This document shows, one piece after another, positions 37,532-49,787 of a stretch of 64,000 nt of DNA. Below the pieces are notes generated by a model, which ran no database searches, was not told where the DNA came from, and saw only the letters and a list, made by a program, of their open reading frames with translations. Source of the stretch: Ranitomeya imitator (Eukaryota); the NCBI RefSeq assembly GCF_032444005.1, contig NC_091282.1, positions 535,308,001 through 535,372,000 on the forward strand, read 5' to 3'. Made by a program: the position numbers and the translations under genes. Every line of letters begins with the position of its first letter. Position 1 is the first letter of the stretch.

Positions 37532-38339
37532 ATAAGAGCTGGCAAAGGATGCAGCGATGGAGCGGTCAGAGAGGTAGGAAGAGAATCAGGAAAGAGTGGT
37601 GTCCAAAGTTGACGGGTTTAGCAGGAGGGAGATGTGCTGATAAATTAGAGCACAAATAAATACTCTGAAATAGAGATGAGTGGAATAGGTAAACTTCAAA
37701 TCCACCTATTCATGTGTGTTTTCTCAGGAAATTCGACTCACAAATAAGTTATCCTCTGCAAATATAAAGTTCCTTATTATGTGATGTGATCTCTTCAGAC
37801 CCATGAGCATACAAAATGTAAGATATATTTTTAAAAAATGCTAATACCTCACCTTTCCACTTCTCACCATCACCCATCTGATCCGGCGTCCTCTGATCGC
37901 GCCTGTTTGCTTTACAATCTCCGGGCCTCTCACATAGATGAGTCCTGGGAGGGTACTGCGTAAGCATGCAAAAGATCATGCCACAGCGCACACGTCGGCA
38001 ATCAGAAGATGCGACGAGAACTAGACAGTGAGGAGCAGAGCGAAGAGAGAGGTGATCAGTAAGGTGAGTATAATATTTTAGAATATTTAATTTTTAAGTT
38101 TTTAACTTTTTCATGTCCCTTTATGTCCAAAGGCATTTTGCTGAATCTGCACGGAAGCAAATTATAAAAAATCTGCATTTTGGTGTATGCAGTTTTTTGT
38201 ACAATTCAATTCCACTCCGATATATTTGCTTAGATATACTTGCAGATAAAAGCCATAGTGGACAGGCAGGCACATATATATCTACATTTCTGGAGGACAA
38301 GCAATCAAATATACAATAATGTAAACGGAATCCGTCAGC

Positions 38340-38754
38340 ACGTTTTTTGAAAGCAGCATAATATAGGGACAGAGATGCTGAATACAGCAATACATCGCTT
38401 ACTGGACCGCTTGGTGCAGTTTTGCTAGAATCTTGTTTTCCATGTTGTAGATGGAGCAGTGCTCAGAAAGCTGATTTGTGTATATCCCTGCCCACAACCA
38501 TGACTGCCAGCTTCCTGTGAACTGGGAGCAAGCTGCTACTCAGTGGTGGGGGTGGGGTTACACAGATTAGCCTGACTGCCATGCACATGAGAAGTAGTCC
38601 AATAGTGATACTCTCCTGTTGATAAAACACTCATAATATTGAAACTGCAACATACAGTCGAGTAAGTGACACATTCCTGGAATCAGGGTCTTGTGCTCCA
38701 TATTAGGCAGCTCTCGGATTAAATAGCAAAAACCTGGTGACAGATTCCCTTTAA
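38340..38754. mobile_element. T2/Kolobok-type MITE, right part
   Basis: Ends GGTGACAGATTCCCT-TTAA; the left terminus is not evident. Confidence 0.55.
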
Positions 38755-40804
38755 ATATGGCTCCCACACATCTAAATATGTTGGTTTATTGCAGAATAGT
38801 TTGGACTAAGCCCAGTTTAGGAAACATTAGTTGTAGTAAATATCACTCAAAGAGCAGATACATATTGATCTCATCTGCATATAAGAAGAATGATTGCTAA
38901 TGTTTGCCATCGCTCAGCTGTCAGTACACCATTTCATCCAAATACTTTATGGCATTACAGGATGGTCTTCTCAGATTTTATCTGCTTGTTTCAGGTTGTG
39001 CATGTTACTACGTTGTCTCCTCGTTCCCTTTACTAATGGTGTCAAAATACTACGGTAAGTTTACATTTGCAGTACAAAAGCCCTATAGAGCTCTCAGTCG
39101 TGTGCACCTTGTTTTTGTACACTTTTGACTCTTTAGCTGAGGTTTCACACCAATTTGGCTAAGAGCTTCACGGCCCAGACTGATGCTGTTCTATGTTTTC
39201 ACAGTCTGAGATTTTCATTAGAGCACTTGTGTAGGATATGTGTTGGTAGAGTTTATCTTAAAGAATGCTAATTTTCCCATATTAACTAGGGAGTATTCTT
39301 GTTAGCCGTTTCCTAACTTTTTCGGTAGAGCAGCCAAAAATAATATGGTCTACATGGTTTAAATTCTGGACCTGCATGTTTTTTTTTTCTGCAGTTCAGC
39401 AAGGTCAGCAAGATTCCACTCAAGTCATACAGGCCAAGCTTAAAGGAGCAGATGGAATAGTACAAGGCTCCTAAAAAGAACATGTACTGTATTTAAAAAA
39501 AATGGTGAAACTACACGCCATTAAATTATATCTACCGTAGTCTTCTGTCCATATTATTATAAAAATAAAAAATTTGGAAAACCCAACAACGTACCTGTCA
39601 TAAAAAGTCTGTAGTCACTGAAAATAGATTTTACCCGTGAATTGTTAATTTTGAGAATTAAAGATCAGTCCTAGATGAGAAAGAAGTAGATTTCTTTGAT
39701 AGTATATCACAAAGTTACTTATCTTCACATGTACCATTGATTTATGGAATACTTAAACCTATATTTACATAAAGATGAAAAATCTCTTTAAGAGTCCCCT
39801 ATAATACAGGGATGTTATTTTCCTAACCACATTTTGCTTTTCTATCTTATAATATTAAAGTTACAAACATGCATCTTTATACAATTTATGGAAATTACAA
39901 GTTAACGTAATCTTTAAATGTACTGTAAATGGCATTATATATGAATGTGATTTTTTTTTGTGGGATTTTTTTAAACAATTCTTTCCAACTCCCAAATGAG
40001 AAGTGATAATTTCAGACATATTGCGAATTTTCAGTCACTCAGGTTTTTTGCATTAAACCACTTCACACCCCATAATCGCAAAGTGGAATACTACGGTAGT
40101 ATGGATCTCATGGGACCAATGTGCCTTGTAATTACAATTTTACAAGAAATGGCAAATGCTGAAAAAAAAAACCAACAAGGTAGACATTTATATTTCTGGC
40201 ATTTATTGCAAACATTTAGATATGCTGAAGGAAAACTACTGCAATTCTTCTTGATAACCTAGTATATGAAAATCAGCATGAATATAACAAGTGACCTACA
40301 TATTGGTAGTGTTACTTGTTCCATTTGCAGGGAGACTAAACTGTTTGTCATTTTAATAAATATGCATACTATGTAATGCATGATGGATACAATATTGTAG
40401 AACCCGTACAAAAGCTGTAAAAAAGTTCACAAATTAACAAAAAATGGTAGACATAGAATGTAAAAAAGACATTGGGGCTGATACATCAGAAGTGTTTATG
40501 CCAGAAAACTGTGAGAAAACACTTTGTAAAGTTGCAAAATCTTTGTGCAAGACAAAGGTGTGTAAAATAGTTTACAACTTTGAGTCCCTTTTCCATCAGT
40601 CATGGCTGACTGTGCCAAAATGGATGTAGCATGGGTGGGGCGGGAGCGTGGCAATGTCCTCCCGTCTAATTCATGAATCGATATGGCATTCCTTACAACC
40701 ATAAATCATTCTCGAGGCCCTGATTGGAATAAGATTCCTGGCAAGATACAGAAAGGCGCCATCTCTTGTAAGGTGCTCCAGATTCGTTAAATGTTGTACC
40801 TTAA

Positions 40805-42844
40805 CCCCTTCACCCCTGAACCTGTTTTCACCTACCTCATCAGGCCAAATTTTACAATTCTGACCATTGTCAATTTATGAGGTAATAACTTTGAAATCAG
40901 AGTGATTCTGAGATAGTTTTTTTTCATAACACATTGTACTTTAGGTTAGTGGAAAATTTAGGTGGAATTTTCTGCAAAAAAAATTGGAAATTTTCAAACT
41001 TTCAATGTTTATATCCTTAAACCAGTTAGTAATGTAGTACAAAATAATTTACAAACAACATTTCCCGTATGTCCACTTTTCATATGCTTAATTTTTGAAC
41101 CATATTTTTTTGTTAGAAGGGTTAAAACTTTATAGGTAATTTCTCATTTTTTCAACAAAACTTGCAAAACTGCTTTTTTAGGTATCACATCACAATCGAA
41201 GTGGCTTTCAGGGCCTACATGACAGAAAATATCCAAAAGTGACACCATTCTAAAAACTGCACCCCTCAATGTGCTCAAAACTACATTCAAGAAGTTTATT
41301 AACCCTTCAGGTGCTTCACAGAAATTAAAGCATTGGGGAAGGAAAAAATGAACATTTAAATTTTTCCCACAAAAAATTAGCCCAAATTTTACATTTTTGC
41401 AATGGTAACAGAAGAAAATGAACAGTACAAGTTGCTCTACAATTTCTCCTGGGTATGCCGATAACCCATATGTGGTGGAAAACTACTGTTTGGGTGCAAG
41501 TCAGGGCTAGGAAAGAAGGAGCGACATTTGACTTTTAGAGCACAAAATTGGCTACAATAGATAGCGTACACCATGTCACGTTTGCAGAGTCCCTGATGTG
41601 CCTAAACAGTGGAAACCCCCCACAAGTGACCCCATTTTGAAAACTAAACTCCTCAAGGAACTATCTACAGGTGTGGTGAGCAGCTTGAACACACAGGTAC
41701 TACAAAAAAATGGCACCAAAATTTGGCACACAATTTCTGCCGGACATGGCAATACCCCATGTGTGGCTGTACAGTACTGCTTAGCCACACGACGAAACTT
41801 GGAACAGAGAGAGCGCTGCTTGACTCTTGGAGAATAAATTGTCGTAGAATAGTTTGTGGACTGAATATACAGAGCCCCTAAAAGCCAGAGGAGAGGAATT
41901 CCTCCTCAAGTGATCCCATTTTGGAAATGTCACCTTTCTGGGAATTTATCTACAGGTGGAGTGATAATTTTGGCTCCATGGATGTCTGCAAGAAGCAAGC
42001 TGCACTGAATATTGCTGAGTGGAATTTGCAAATCTGCCATTGTAGTGCCCGTAGATTGTACTGCCCATACATTGTGTCCACTAGTGTTTTTTGAGACATG
42101 AACCCCATAAATTAAGCGAGATCTCATCACTACAGAGATGCCAAACGTGAATGATAACTGCGGTTTAGGCACACTCGGGATCAGAAGGGAGGGGGCATTT
42201 GGATTTGGGAGCGTAAAATTAGATTTCTTTTGGGGAGCTAGAAGCCATAGCTCTTTTCCAGAGCCTTTGTGCTACCAGTAACATGGAAGCCCCCTATATT
42301 TCCGTTAACAGATGATGAACCTGAGTGTGGACTTGCTTTATTTGTGGATTGGTTTGAAGCTTTTGTTGGGAACATTTTACATAACATTTAGGATCACATT
42401 TATCATGGGCTCTACACTGAGCACTTAATGCAAGAGTTTCCATCTGAATCTCTGAATGACATAAATCAGATGAAACCCCTGAGGGATCCATTCACTTCAG
42501 TGAGGCAGCAGAGTTACTTTGGACTCCATGTGGCATCTGTTTAGTGTTGTCCTTCTCTTCGGAAGTGTACAAAACTGTGGCCAACCACGCTTTTATGCAC
42601 ACCTAAAAAGACAAATGGGGTCCACAGTGTCTGTATCATTATAGAGAATCTTCCGCCAGGGGTTCTATCTGAATCTGGTATTTCAGAAATTTACATGGAA
42701 ACCCTGGTGTAAGTGCTATTTGCCTCCTGGAGTGCAGATTTTGCTAGGATAGTTCACTGATTTCATATACAAAGCCGCTAAGTGCTAGAAGAACAGAATC
42801 GCCCTCTCTCTGCCTTTTAAATATCGATTTTAGCATAAAGGGGG
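40805..42844 (-). mobile_element. Older piggyBac-like non-autonomous TTAA element
   Basis: TTAA-CCCCTTC start, internal homology to the ~385-bp unit family, ends AAAGGGG-TTAA. The right boundary is uncertain. Confidence 0.7.
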
Positions 42845-43087
42845 TTAAAAAGCCGGGGGTAGTGTGGGCACCGCTCCTGACAGTGAGAGCTGAGTGTCAG
42901 CTGTCATGTTTTATGCTTCCACAGTTATTTAAATTTATAAGAACAAATAGTTTCCAGTGTTAAAAAAATTACAATATATCACTAAATTTGAATGCTATGT
43001 AGTTCATCTGTATTGGATCCGATTTTATTTTGCGCACCCATAGATTTGAGCAGGTGAGACTCATCTGACACGGGAGAGATTTAGTTA

Positions 43088-43325
43088 GGCCACGGTCACA
43101 CGTTCAGTATTTGGTCAGTATTTTACCTCAGTATGTCTAAGCTAAAACCATGAGAGGGACAATCGGAGGAAAAGTATAATAGAAACACTTCACCACTTCT
43201 GTATTTATCACTCACTCCTGCTTTTGGCTTACAAATACTGATGTAAATTACTGACCAAATACTGAGGTAAAATATTGATCAAATACTGAGGTAAAATACT
43301 GGCCAAATACTGAATGTGTGAATGG
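43088..43325. mobile_element. Short Harbinger-type MITE
   Basis: TTA-GGCCACGGTCACACGTTCAGTATTTGG start; inverted CCAAATACTGAATGTGTGA end. Confidence 0.65.
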
Positions 43326-43385
43326 ATTTGGGTATGATCAGAGTAATAACTGCTCATCTGGGGAGGGGAATGGATAGTTTTTTAA

Positions 43386-44343
43386 CCCCTTAGTGACGGA
43401 GCCAATTTTTTAAAATCTGACCAGTGTCACTTTATGCGGTAATAACTCTGGAATGCTTCAACAAATTCCAGTGATTTTGAGATTGTTTTTTCGTGACATA
43501 TTATACTTTATGATAATGGTAGACTTAGGTCAATATGTTTTGTGCTTCTTTATAAAAAATATCCGAAATTTGAGAAAAATGTTACAAAATTTGCAATTTT
43601 CAAACTTTGAATGATTATCCCTTTAATCCAGATAGTCATACCACTGCAAAACATTAATAAATAACATTTTCCACATGTCTGCTTTACATCAGCACCATAT
43701 GTAAAATTTTATTTTATTTTGTTAGCATTTTAGGAGGTTTAAAAATGTAGCAGCAAATTTTCATATTTTCAAGGAAGTTTAGAAAAAAACATTTTTTATG
43801 GCCCTATCCATGTTTGAAGTGACTTTAGGGGTCCCATGTATTGGGAAACACCCAAAACTTATACAATTTTAAAAATAGCACCCCCTGACATATTGAAAAC
43901 TGCGGGCAGGTAGTTTATTAACCCTTCAGCTGATTTTCAGGAATTAATGCAAAGTGGTATGACAGAAATGAAAATGTGTATTTTTACCACCTAAATGTCA
44001 CTAACTTCTGAACAGGTTACTACAGCCGACAGACTCTAAGGCCGCGATTTGGTCGTGAATTGCCATGGCAAACATCAAGACCACAAAATCATGATCTGAG
44101 GGCACCAATTGGGATAAAGAGGAAGCCACCACACTCTGTTAACCATTTACATGATGTAGTCAATATTGACAGCAGCATCTAAGGGGTTAAACAGATTTGG
44201 ACGGTGCCAACACTGATTGTGGCTGATACAGCAGGTTGTCCGCTATAGTGTACAGCTGACAGCTGCTGGATTGTCACCTGTATGGGGAGGCTATTCTCTT
44301 ATATCTCAGGTCAGTTAAAAGAAAATTGGTGGACATTAAGGGG
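43386..44343. mobile_element. piggyBac-like non-autonomous TTAA element
   Basis: TTAA-CCCCTTAGTGAC ... CATTAAGGGG-TTAA; left end shared with the element at 50601. Confidence 0.85.
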
Positions 44344-45039
44344 TTAAGCACATGCAAAAATAGTGATACCTGGCTGTGATTATGAATTTACAATGGAATG
44401 CTAGGAGGCATCCATCTCCAGTATTAGGATCTTCCCAAACAGCTGCTGTGCTCTGCATGTTATTTACATGGTAAATATGCTGACAGTTTGCTGTTCTGCC
44501 TGGAAATGAACTCTCCGGCTGTTTTCATTTACGACGATGAAAACCAATACCTTCTCATCATGCCATATGTACCTGACATTGCAATATGTACATTGACATT
44601 GCTGGATGTGCATGCCTTTTCACATTTCCTGAGTAAAACAGCATGAACTAGTATATAAAAAGAAATCTTATTCCCAAGGGACAGATGGAGATCGCAGCCT
44701 CCCACCCTACAAAATGCTAGTCAAGATCATTGACCACCACTAGCTTTAAACGTAGCTGCCAATCTGCCATGTTTTTCTTTCATTGCAATGTATTTCTAAA
44801 AGAAACCTATTTACCGCTAAATGCTGTTAGGAGCACTTTTTTCACCCTTTTTCATTATCCTATATTATCTCTAGGAGTAAAATTTTAGCGTTTAAAAGCT
44901 TTCATTGTCCCGCTCACCCTGTCAGTGAGCGGTGGGAGCATGCCTAAAGTAGGTGAGGGTTGTAGAACACAGCTGTCAGTTTTGCCATGCTGGTTATCAA
45001 AAAGAGAAAGACACCATTTCATTTTTGTTTTTATTATTT

Positions 45040-46338
45040 ATCTTTAGCGCATACGCTGTCTGATGAATACTCCCATCAGCCGCACCTTCTCTTGCTGTTA
45101 GGCCAGTCTCACACGTCCAGATAATTCCGGTACCGGAAAAATCGGTACCGGAATTATCCGTGTCCGTGTGCTTACCTTGAACATCAGTGTGGCACACGTG
45201 CGGCAGCCGTGTGCCGCCCGTGTGCCGACTGGGTACCAGACGGAGCGTGCAGGAGACAGCGCTAGAGATGAGCACTGTCCCCTGCATCTGGTGCTGAAGC
45301 CGCCATTCATATCTTCTCTCAAGCAGCGTTCGCTGGAGAGAAGATATGAAAAATCCTTTTTTTTTTTGTCTTTAAAATAAAGATCCCTGTCCCCTCCCAC
45401 CCCCTGTGCGCCCGCCCGCTGTTACTAAAATACTCACCCGGCTCCCTCAAAGAGTCCTCTCCGTGCCGCACCTTCTCCAGTATGAGCGGTCACGTGGTGC
45501 CGCCCATTACAGTCATGAATATGAGGCTTCACCCCTATGGGAGGTGGAGCCGCATATTCATGACTGTAACCGGCGGCACCACGTGACCGCTCATACAGGA
45601 GAAGCTGGCGCTGAGAGGAAGCTGCAAGGGAGCCGGGTGAGTATTTTATTAACAGCAGGCGGGCGCACAGGGGGTGGGAGGGGGTTTGGGACAGGGATCT
45701 TTATTTTAAACACGAAAAAAAAAAAAAGGGATTTTTCATATCTTCTCTCTAGCGAACGCTGCTGGAGAGAAGATATGAATGGCGGCTTCAGCACCACGCT
45801 GGGGGGACAGCGCTTACTGTAGCGCTGTCTCCTGCACGGCACACGGACTGCACACGGACAGCGTCCGTGTGCGGTACGTGTTTTACACAGACCCATTGAC
45901 TTTAATGGGTCCGTGTAATCCGTGCGCTCCCACGAACACTGACATGTCTCCGTGTTTTGCACACGGACACACGGTCTGTGAAAACACGCTGACATGTGCA
46001 GAGACACATTGAAATCAATCAATCATTGATTTCAATGTGTCTACGTGAGTCAGTGTCTCCGTTACGTGAGGAAACTGACACCTCACGTACTGGAGCCACT
46101 GACGTGTGAAAGCGGCCTTATTAACGGCAGCAGCCGTAAGCTGATGGGAGTAGTACTCATGTCAGCTAACACCTCTGTGACCGGAGGTAAACTTTGTACT
46201 GCCGGTCACAGCTGCTGGCTGTCAGATGAACAAATGTTAGCGTGGGAAATACCTGATGTTCGGGTGCTGAACCCGAACGGTAACACGAACTTCCTGGAGA
46301 AGTCCATTCCGAGTACTGTTTGGGTTCACCCATTACTA
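45040..46338 (-). mobile_element. hAT MITE remnant interrupted by a Harbinger MITE
   Basis: Ends GGGTTCACCCATTACTA, the inverse of a TAG(T/A)GATGGGCGAACCC terminus as at 25676. Confidence 0.55.
45101..46117. mobile_element. Harbinger-type MITE
   Basis: TTA TSD at 45098-45100 and 46118-46120; TIR GGCCAGTCTCACACGTC / GACGTGTGAAAGCGGCC; internal inverted duplication. Confidence 0.85.
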
Positions 46339-46559
46339 ATCATGGGCACATTTTTCTCTTTACGTAAATAGAAAACTTATTACAAGTGGGTATGCATAAT
46401 TTGGTGAGTAAAATCTCTGTGGGAACAAAGGGAACAGATAAATCTGGAGCAATCGGTAGCCTTAAAACCATCTGCCTAATAGTTATATATTCCCCTCCTG
46501 TCATCAAAACAGCGCTGGCTATTGAGGCACTTTGTCCACAAGACCATTGAAATTGTCTT

Positions 46560-47100
46560 ATAGTTTCTAGCAGATCATTTTTGTCCTGTAAATTAATAAG
46601 TGGGCCACTATTGACCTGGAGAATTTAGAGGCCAAGTCAAAACCTTAAACTCTTCATCATTTTCCAAGAACTAATGTTGAAGAACTTTTGCAATGTTACA
46701 GGGTACATTATCCTGCTGAAAGAGCCATTGTCCTTAGGTAATACTATTGCCATTAAGAGGTATACATGATGTAAAACAATGTTTAGGTAGGAGGTAAATA
46801 ACCCATATAAATGCTATAAGGTTTGCCAGCAGAATATTGCTGAGAAAGTCATAATGCCTCTGCCAATCTTGCCTTCTTTTTATTTTTATTTTCCTGGTCT
46901 CCCCATTATAAAGGAGAAAACATTATTCATCAGACCAGGCATCCGTCCTCCATTACTTCATGGCTGAGTTCTAATGTTCATTCATTATAGGCACATTTTT
47001 ATCATAGCCAGCAATAACTTTTTTCAACAATGTATGCTACAGTAGCTAGTCTGGGGATCACACTAGTTGATCTAAGTTTTCCTCCCCAGAAGCAATAAAG
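46560..47100 (-). mobile_element. Highly decayed Tc1 transposase remnant
   Basis: By-eye similarity to Tc1 DDE-region antisense sequence (CATTATCCTGCTGAAAGAG...; ATCAGACCAGGC...). No intact ORF. Confidence 0.55.
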
Positions 47101-47289
47101 GGGTTGACCACTAGCACAGGCTTCACTCTCCCCACCTTCGGACGTATAAGTAGCTGGCCGCTGGGGGGGGGAGGAAACATTCAGATTGAAAAGGTGTTGT
47201 TCCAGTAGTAATCCACAAGAGAGATACCACACTAATCAGCTACACAAATGTGCGCAAAAATAGTTCATTGGAATATGATGGTGTTTAGT

Positions 47290-47720
47290 TTCTATAGCGG
47301 AATAAAGACCCAGAAAAAGTGGCACTTACCGCTCCATATAATAGTCCTCTATTCCATATTACGGAACATAAAGTGATGTGCTGGGGGAACAAGGAGCATG
47401 AAGGTCATGGAATCCGTCATGGTATACCGCTGGTGGACTCTGCGTCTGGCGGTATACATGCCTTTACTCGTTTCCTCTAAAGTACCTCTCTCCGCATAGC
47501 ACGGCAACATCTCCTATTCATAGATTTATTCTGGCTCGCTGACTTCCGGGCACGTTCATCATATGTATTCCATATACGTAACTGAAGAAGGTTCATGTTG
47601 AACCGAAATGTTTTGAGTATACTGCAAAATAAAATTCTTCTGTTCAAGCATCCCAAGTTGAGTGCTGCGTTCTATGTTGATTTAGTATATGGCGTAGGAG
47701 CACCACTTAGTAGCTGTGCT
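47290..47720 (+). mobile_element. Probable Penelope-like element pseudo-LTR remnant
   Basis: Contains a minimal hammerhead motif immediately followed by AATAAA (47628-47633), the usual pLTR arrangement. Boundaries are approximate. Confidence 0.5.
47573..47621 (+). ncRNA. Degenerate minimal type I hammerhead ribozyme motif
   Basis: Stem I TATACGTAA/TTGAGTATA (8/9 paired including one G-U); core CTGAAGA plus an extra A; stem II GGTTCA-TGT-TGAACC; GAAA; then TG-TT as a minimal stem III and cleavage triplet. Confidence 0.6.
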
Positions 47721-47993
47721 CACGGTGTTGTTTCACATAATAGGTGCCACTGTCATGAAATATTAGATTTTACTTGTCATTGGTGTTATTGTTATGATTT
47801 TTTTTAAATCTATTCTTATGAGTTTACCCAAGGTGTAAGTTCTATGTCATAGAAATGTGTTGCTGCTCTCATTAACACTATCATTCACACTTGCAAAATC
47901 AACATCATTCGACAGGTTTAAATAGGATTTCAGCAGTTCTTGAAGAAAATGAAGTAAGGGATATAACATTTACATTTTAGCTACTTCATGTAG

Positions 47994-47998
<5 letters not shown>

Positions 47999-48058
<60 letters not shown>
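47999..48058. repeat. (TA)n microsatellite, about 30 units
   Basis: Directly visible. Confidence 0.97.
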
Positions 48059-48061
<3 letters not shown>

Positions 48062-48461
48062 TATGTATATATATGCATGGCTTGTTTGTCTAGTTGCCCC
48101 ACTGTTGCTTGTGCATTTCTACATCTTGGATTTTAGTTCACGCCAGTTGAGACAGATCATAAAAAGCGCAATGGGGTCTTATCTTGGTATTATGGGTGGA
48201 GATTTAATAGAAAACTGCTCACTTGTGAGGGTTGTGAGTGACACGACCACTATCATAGGCTAGTTGTCAGCCACTGTAAATCCACATAGTTGTATATAAT
48301 AAAGCTCCAGAATCACGAAAGAATTATAATCAGTTTGGTTGAAGGTGGTTTATCTGTGGCAGGGCACTTGAAGTCCACTTACTCTGGCTCTCTATTAGAT
48401 GTTTTACCATTGGTTCTCTCAATCCTGAAATACAGATGATTTTCTTTTGATCTCTTCATTG

Positions 48462-49279
48462 TTAAAGGGAACCTGTCATGAAGTTATTCCAATATAAACT
48501 GAAACCACCACCTTTACCTGGTCTACTCCTGCAGTCCATCAACCTGTAAATAATCCCCAATTCCCCATTCATGTACCCAAATCTCCTGCGCCGTTTGCCA
48601 ATCAGCATAGTTCATTCCATTAGGCGTTGTTGGATCGTGGTCTGCGAATTCTGTATCGGCAGAATTGCCGTCCTCCTGCCTTGATTGATGTGGATGACAC
48701 GTCTTATGACTTGCTTCCTAAGTTAGCACTGGCGTGTGCATATTAACTAACTTTATCCTGCCCTTAGTAGAACACAGAAAAGCATGCCTGTGCAGGCTTG
48801 CGCTTCAACTACACAGGCGCAAGATTCGAAATGCATAGACTGCCTGTTTGTTAGGTCCTGCATGTGTTGTGACTGTTTAACATCCGCAAGACATGTAGGC
48901 ACGGGGACGCAAACATATTATTCAAGGATGTCAAAGACACTCGGTTAGCAACTGAGCTTGCTAGGATAACACCATATCCTAGCACGTTCTCTTATCACCA
49001 GCAGGGACCTATGGATGACATAGGACACATCATCCACATCAATCAAGGTACTAGGAAGGTGGTAGTTCTGCCAATAGAGGAATTACAGACCACAGGCACC
49101 CATCACACTGGACCGTGCTGATTAGCATATGGCTAGCGAGACTTATAAAAGTTATTTTTTGCAATACTCAGGTTGGAGTTGAGGGCTTATGTACAAGTTG
49201 ATGGAGTGCGGTAGTAGACCAGTTAAAGGTGATGGCTTTAGTTTATATTCAGAAAGATCTGGTGACAAGTTACCTTCAA
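48462..49279. mobile_element. T2/Kolobok-type MITE (old)
   Basis: TTAA-AGGGAACCTGTCA ... GGTGACAAGTTACCT; internal inverted arms. Confidence 0.7.
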
Positions 49280-49339
49280 AGGGGTTGTCCAGTATTTGGA
49301 CATCTCCTTCTTAAATGTTGTAGGTGCAACACTAGACAA

Positions 49340-49640
49340 CACCAGGCTTGTGTTACTGTGAGTAACCTACATAGCCTAGATGCGCTACCATGGCCTGCAG
49401 CATCTCCAGATTTGTCCCCCACTTTGCACATTTGGGACATCATTGGTTGGTAAATGCAAAGGAAGCTGCAAGCAGCGGATCTTGATTATTTGCATGTGCA
49501 AGTGCATTCAGTGTGGCAGTACATTCTTCAGACAATCATTGATAAAATACCAAGTTGTGAAAGTACAAGTATTTATGTGTGTGATGCTCATATTCGATAC
49601 AGAACCAGATGTTTTGAACATTTTGTTTCCTCCATTTTTT
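49340..49640 (+). mobile_element. Tc1/mariner catalytic-region fragment
   Basis: LPWPAASPDLSP..HIWD motif in ORF 49229..49453. Confidence 0.65.
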
Positions 49641-49787
49641 TATAATTTGCATATCATTAACATGTCCATCCATCATGCGATTTTCATAATTCGATGAACT
49701 ACTGGCAATGAAGCATGTAGTCTGTTGCAGTATCTTCTAGAATTTTACCTATTAGCTCAATGAAAAGAAAGTTTTGTTTTGAGCTAA

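Larger units (their letters stand above)
31340..37660 (-). mobile_element. Old L2 LINE fragment split by three younger insertions (pieces ~31340-32388, 32910-32993, 37358-37450, 37532-37660)
   Basis: The pieces are collinear with the reverse complement of the intact L2 ORF and join across each insertion. Confidence 0.85.

Noticed and set aside
40821-40844. Second hammerhead-like string on the minus strand (CCTGATGAGGTAGGTGAAAACAGG)
   Set aside because: Stem II cannot pair and there is no stem III or cleavage triplet. It lies in a transposon subterminal region.
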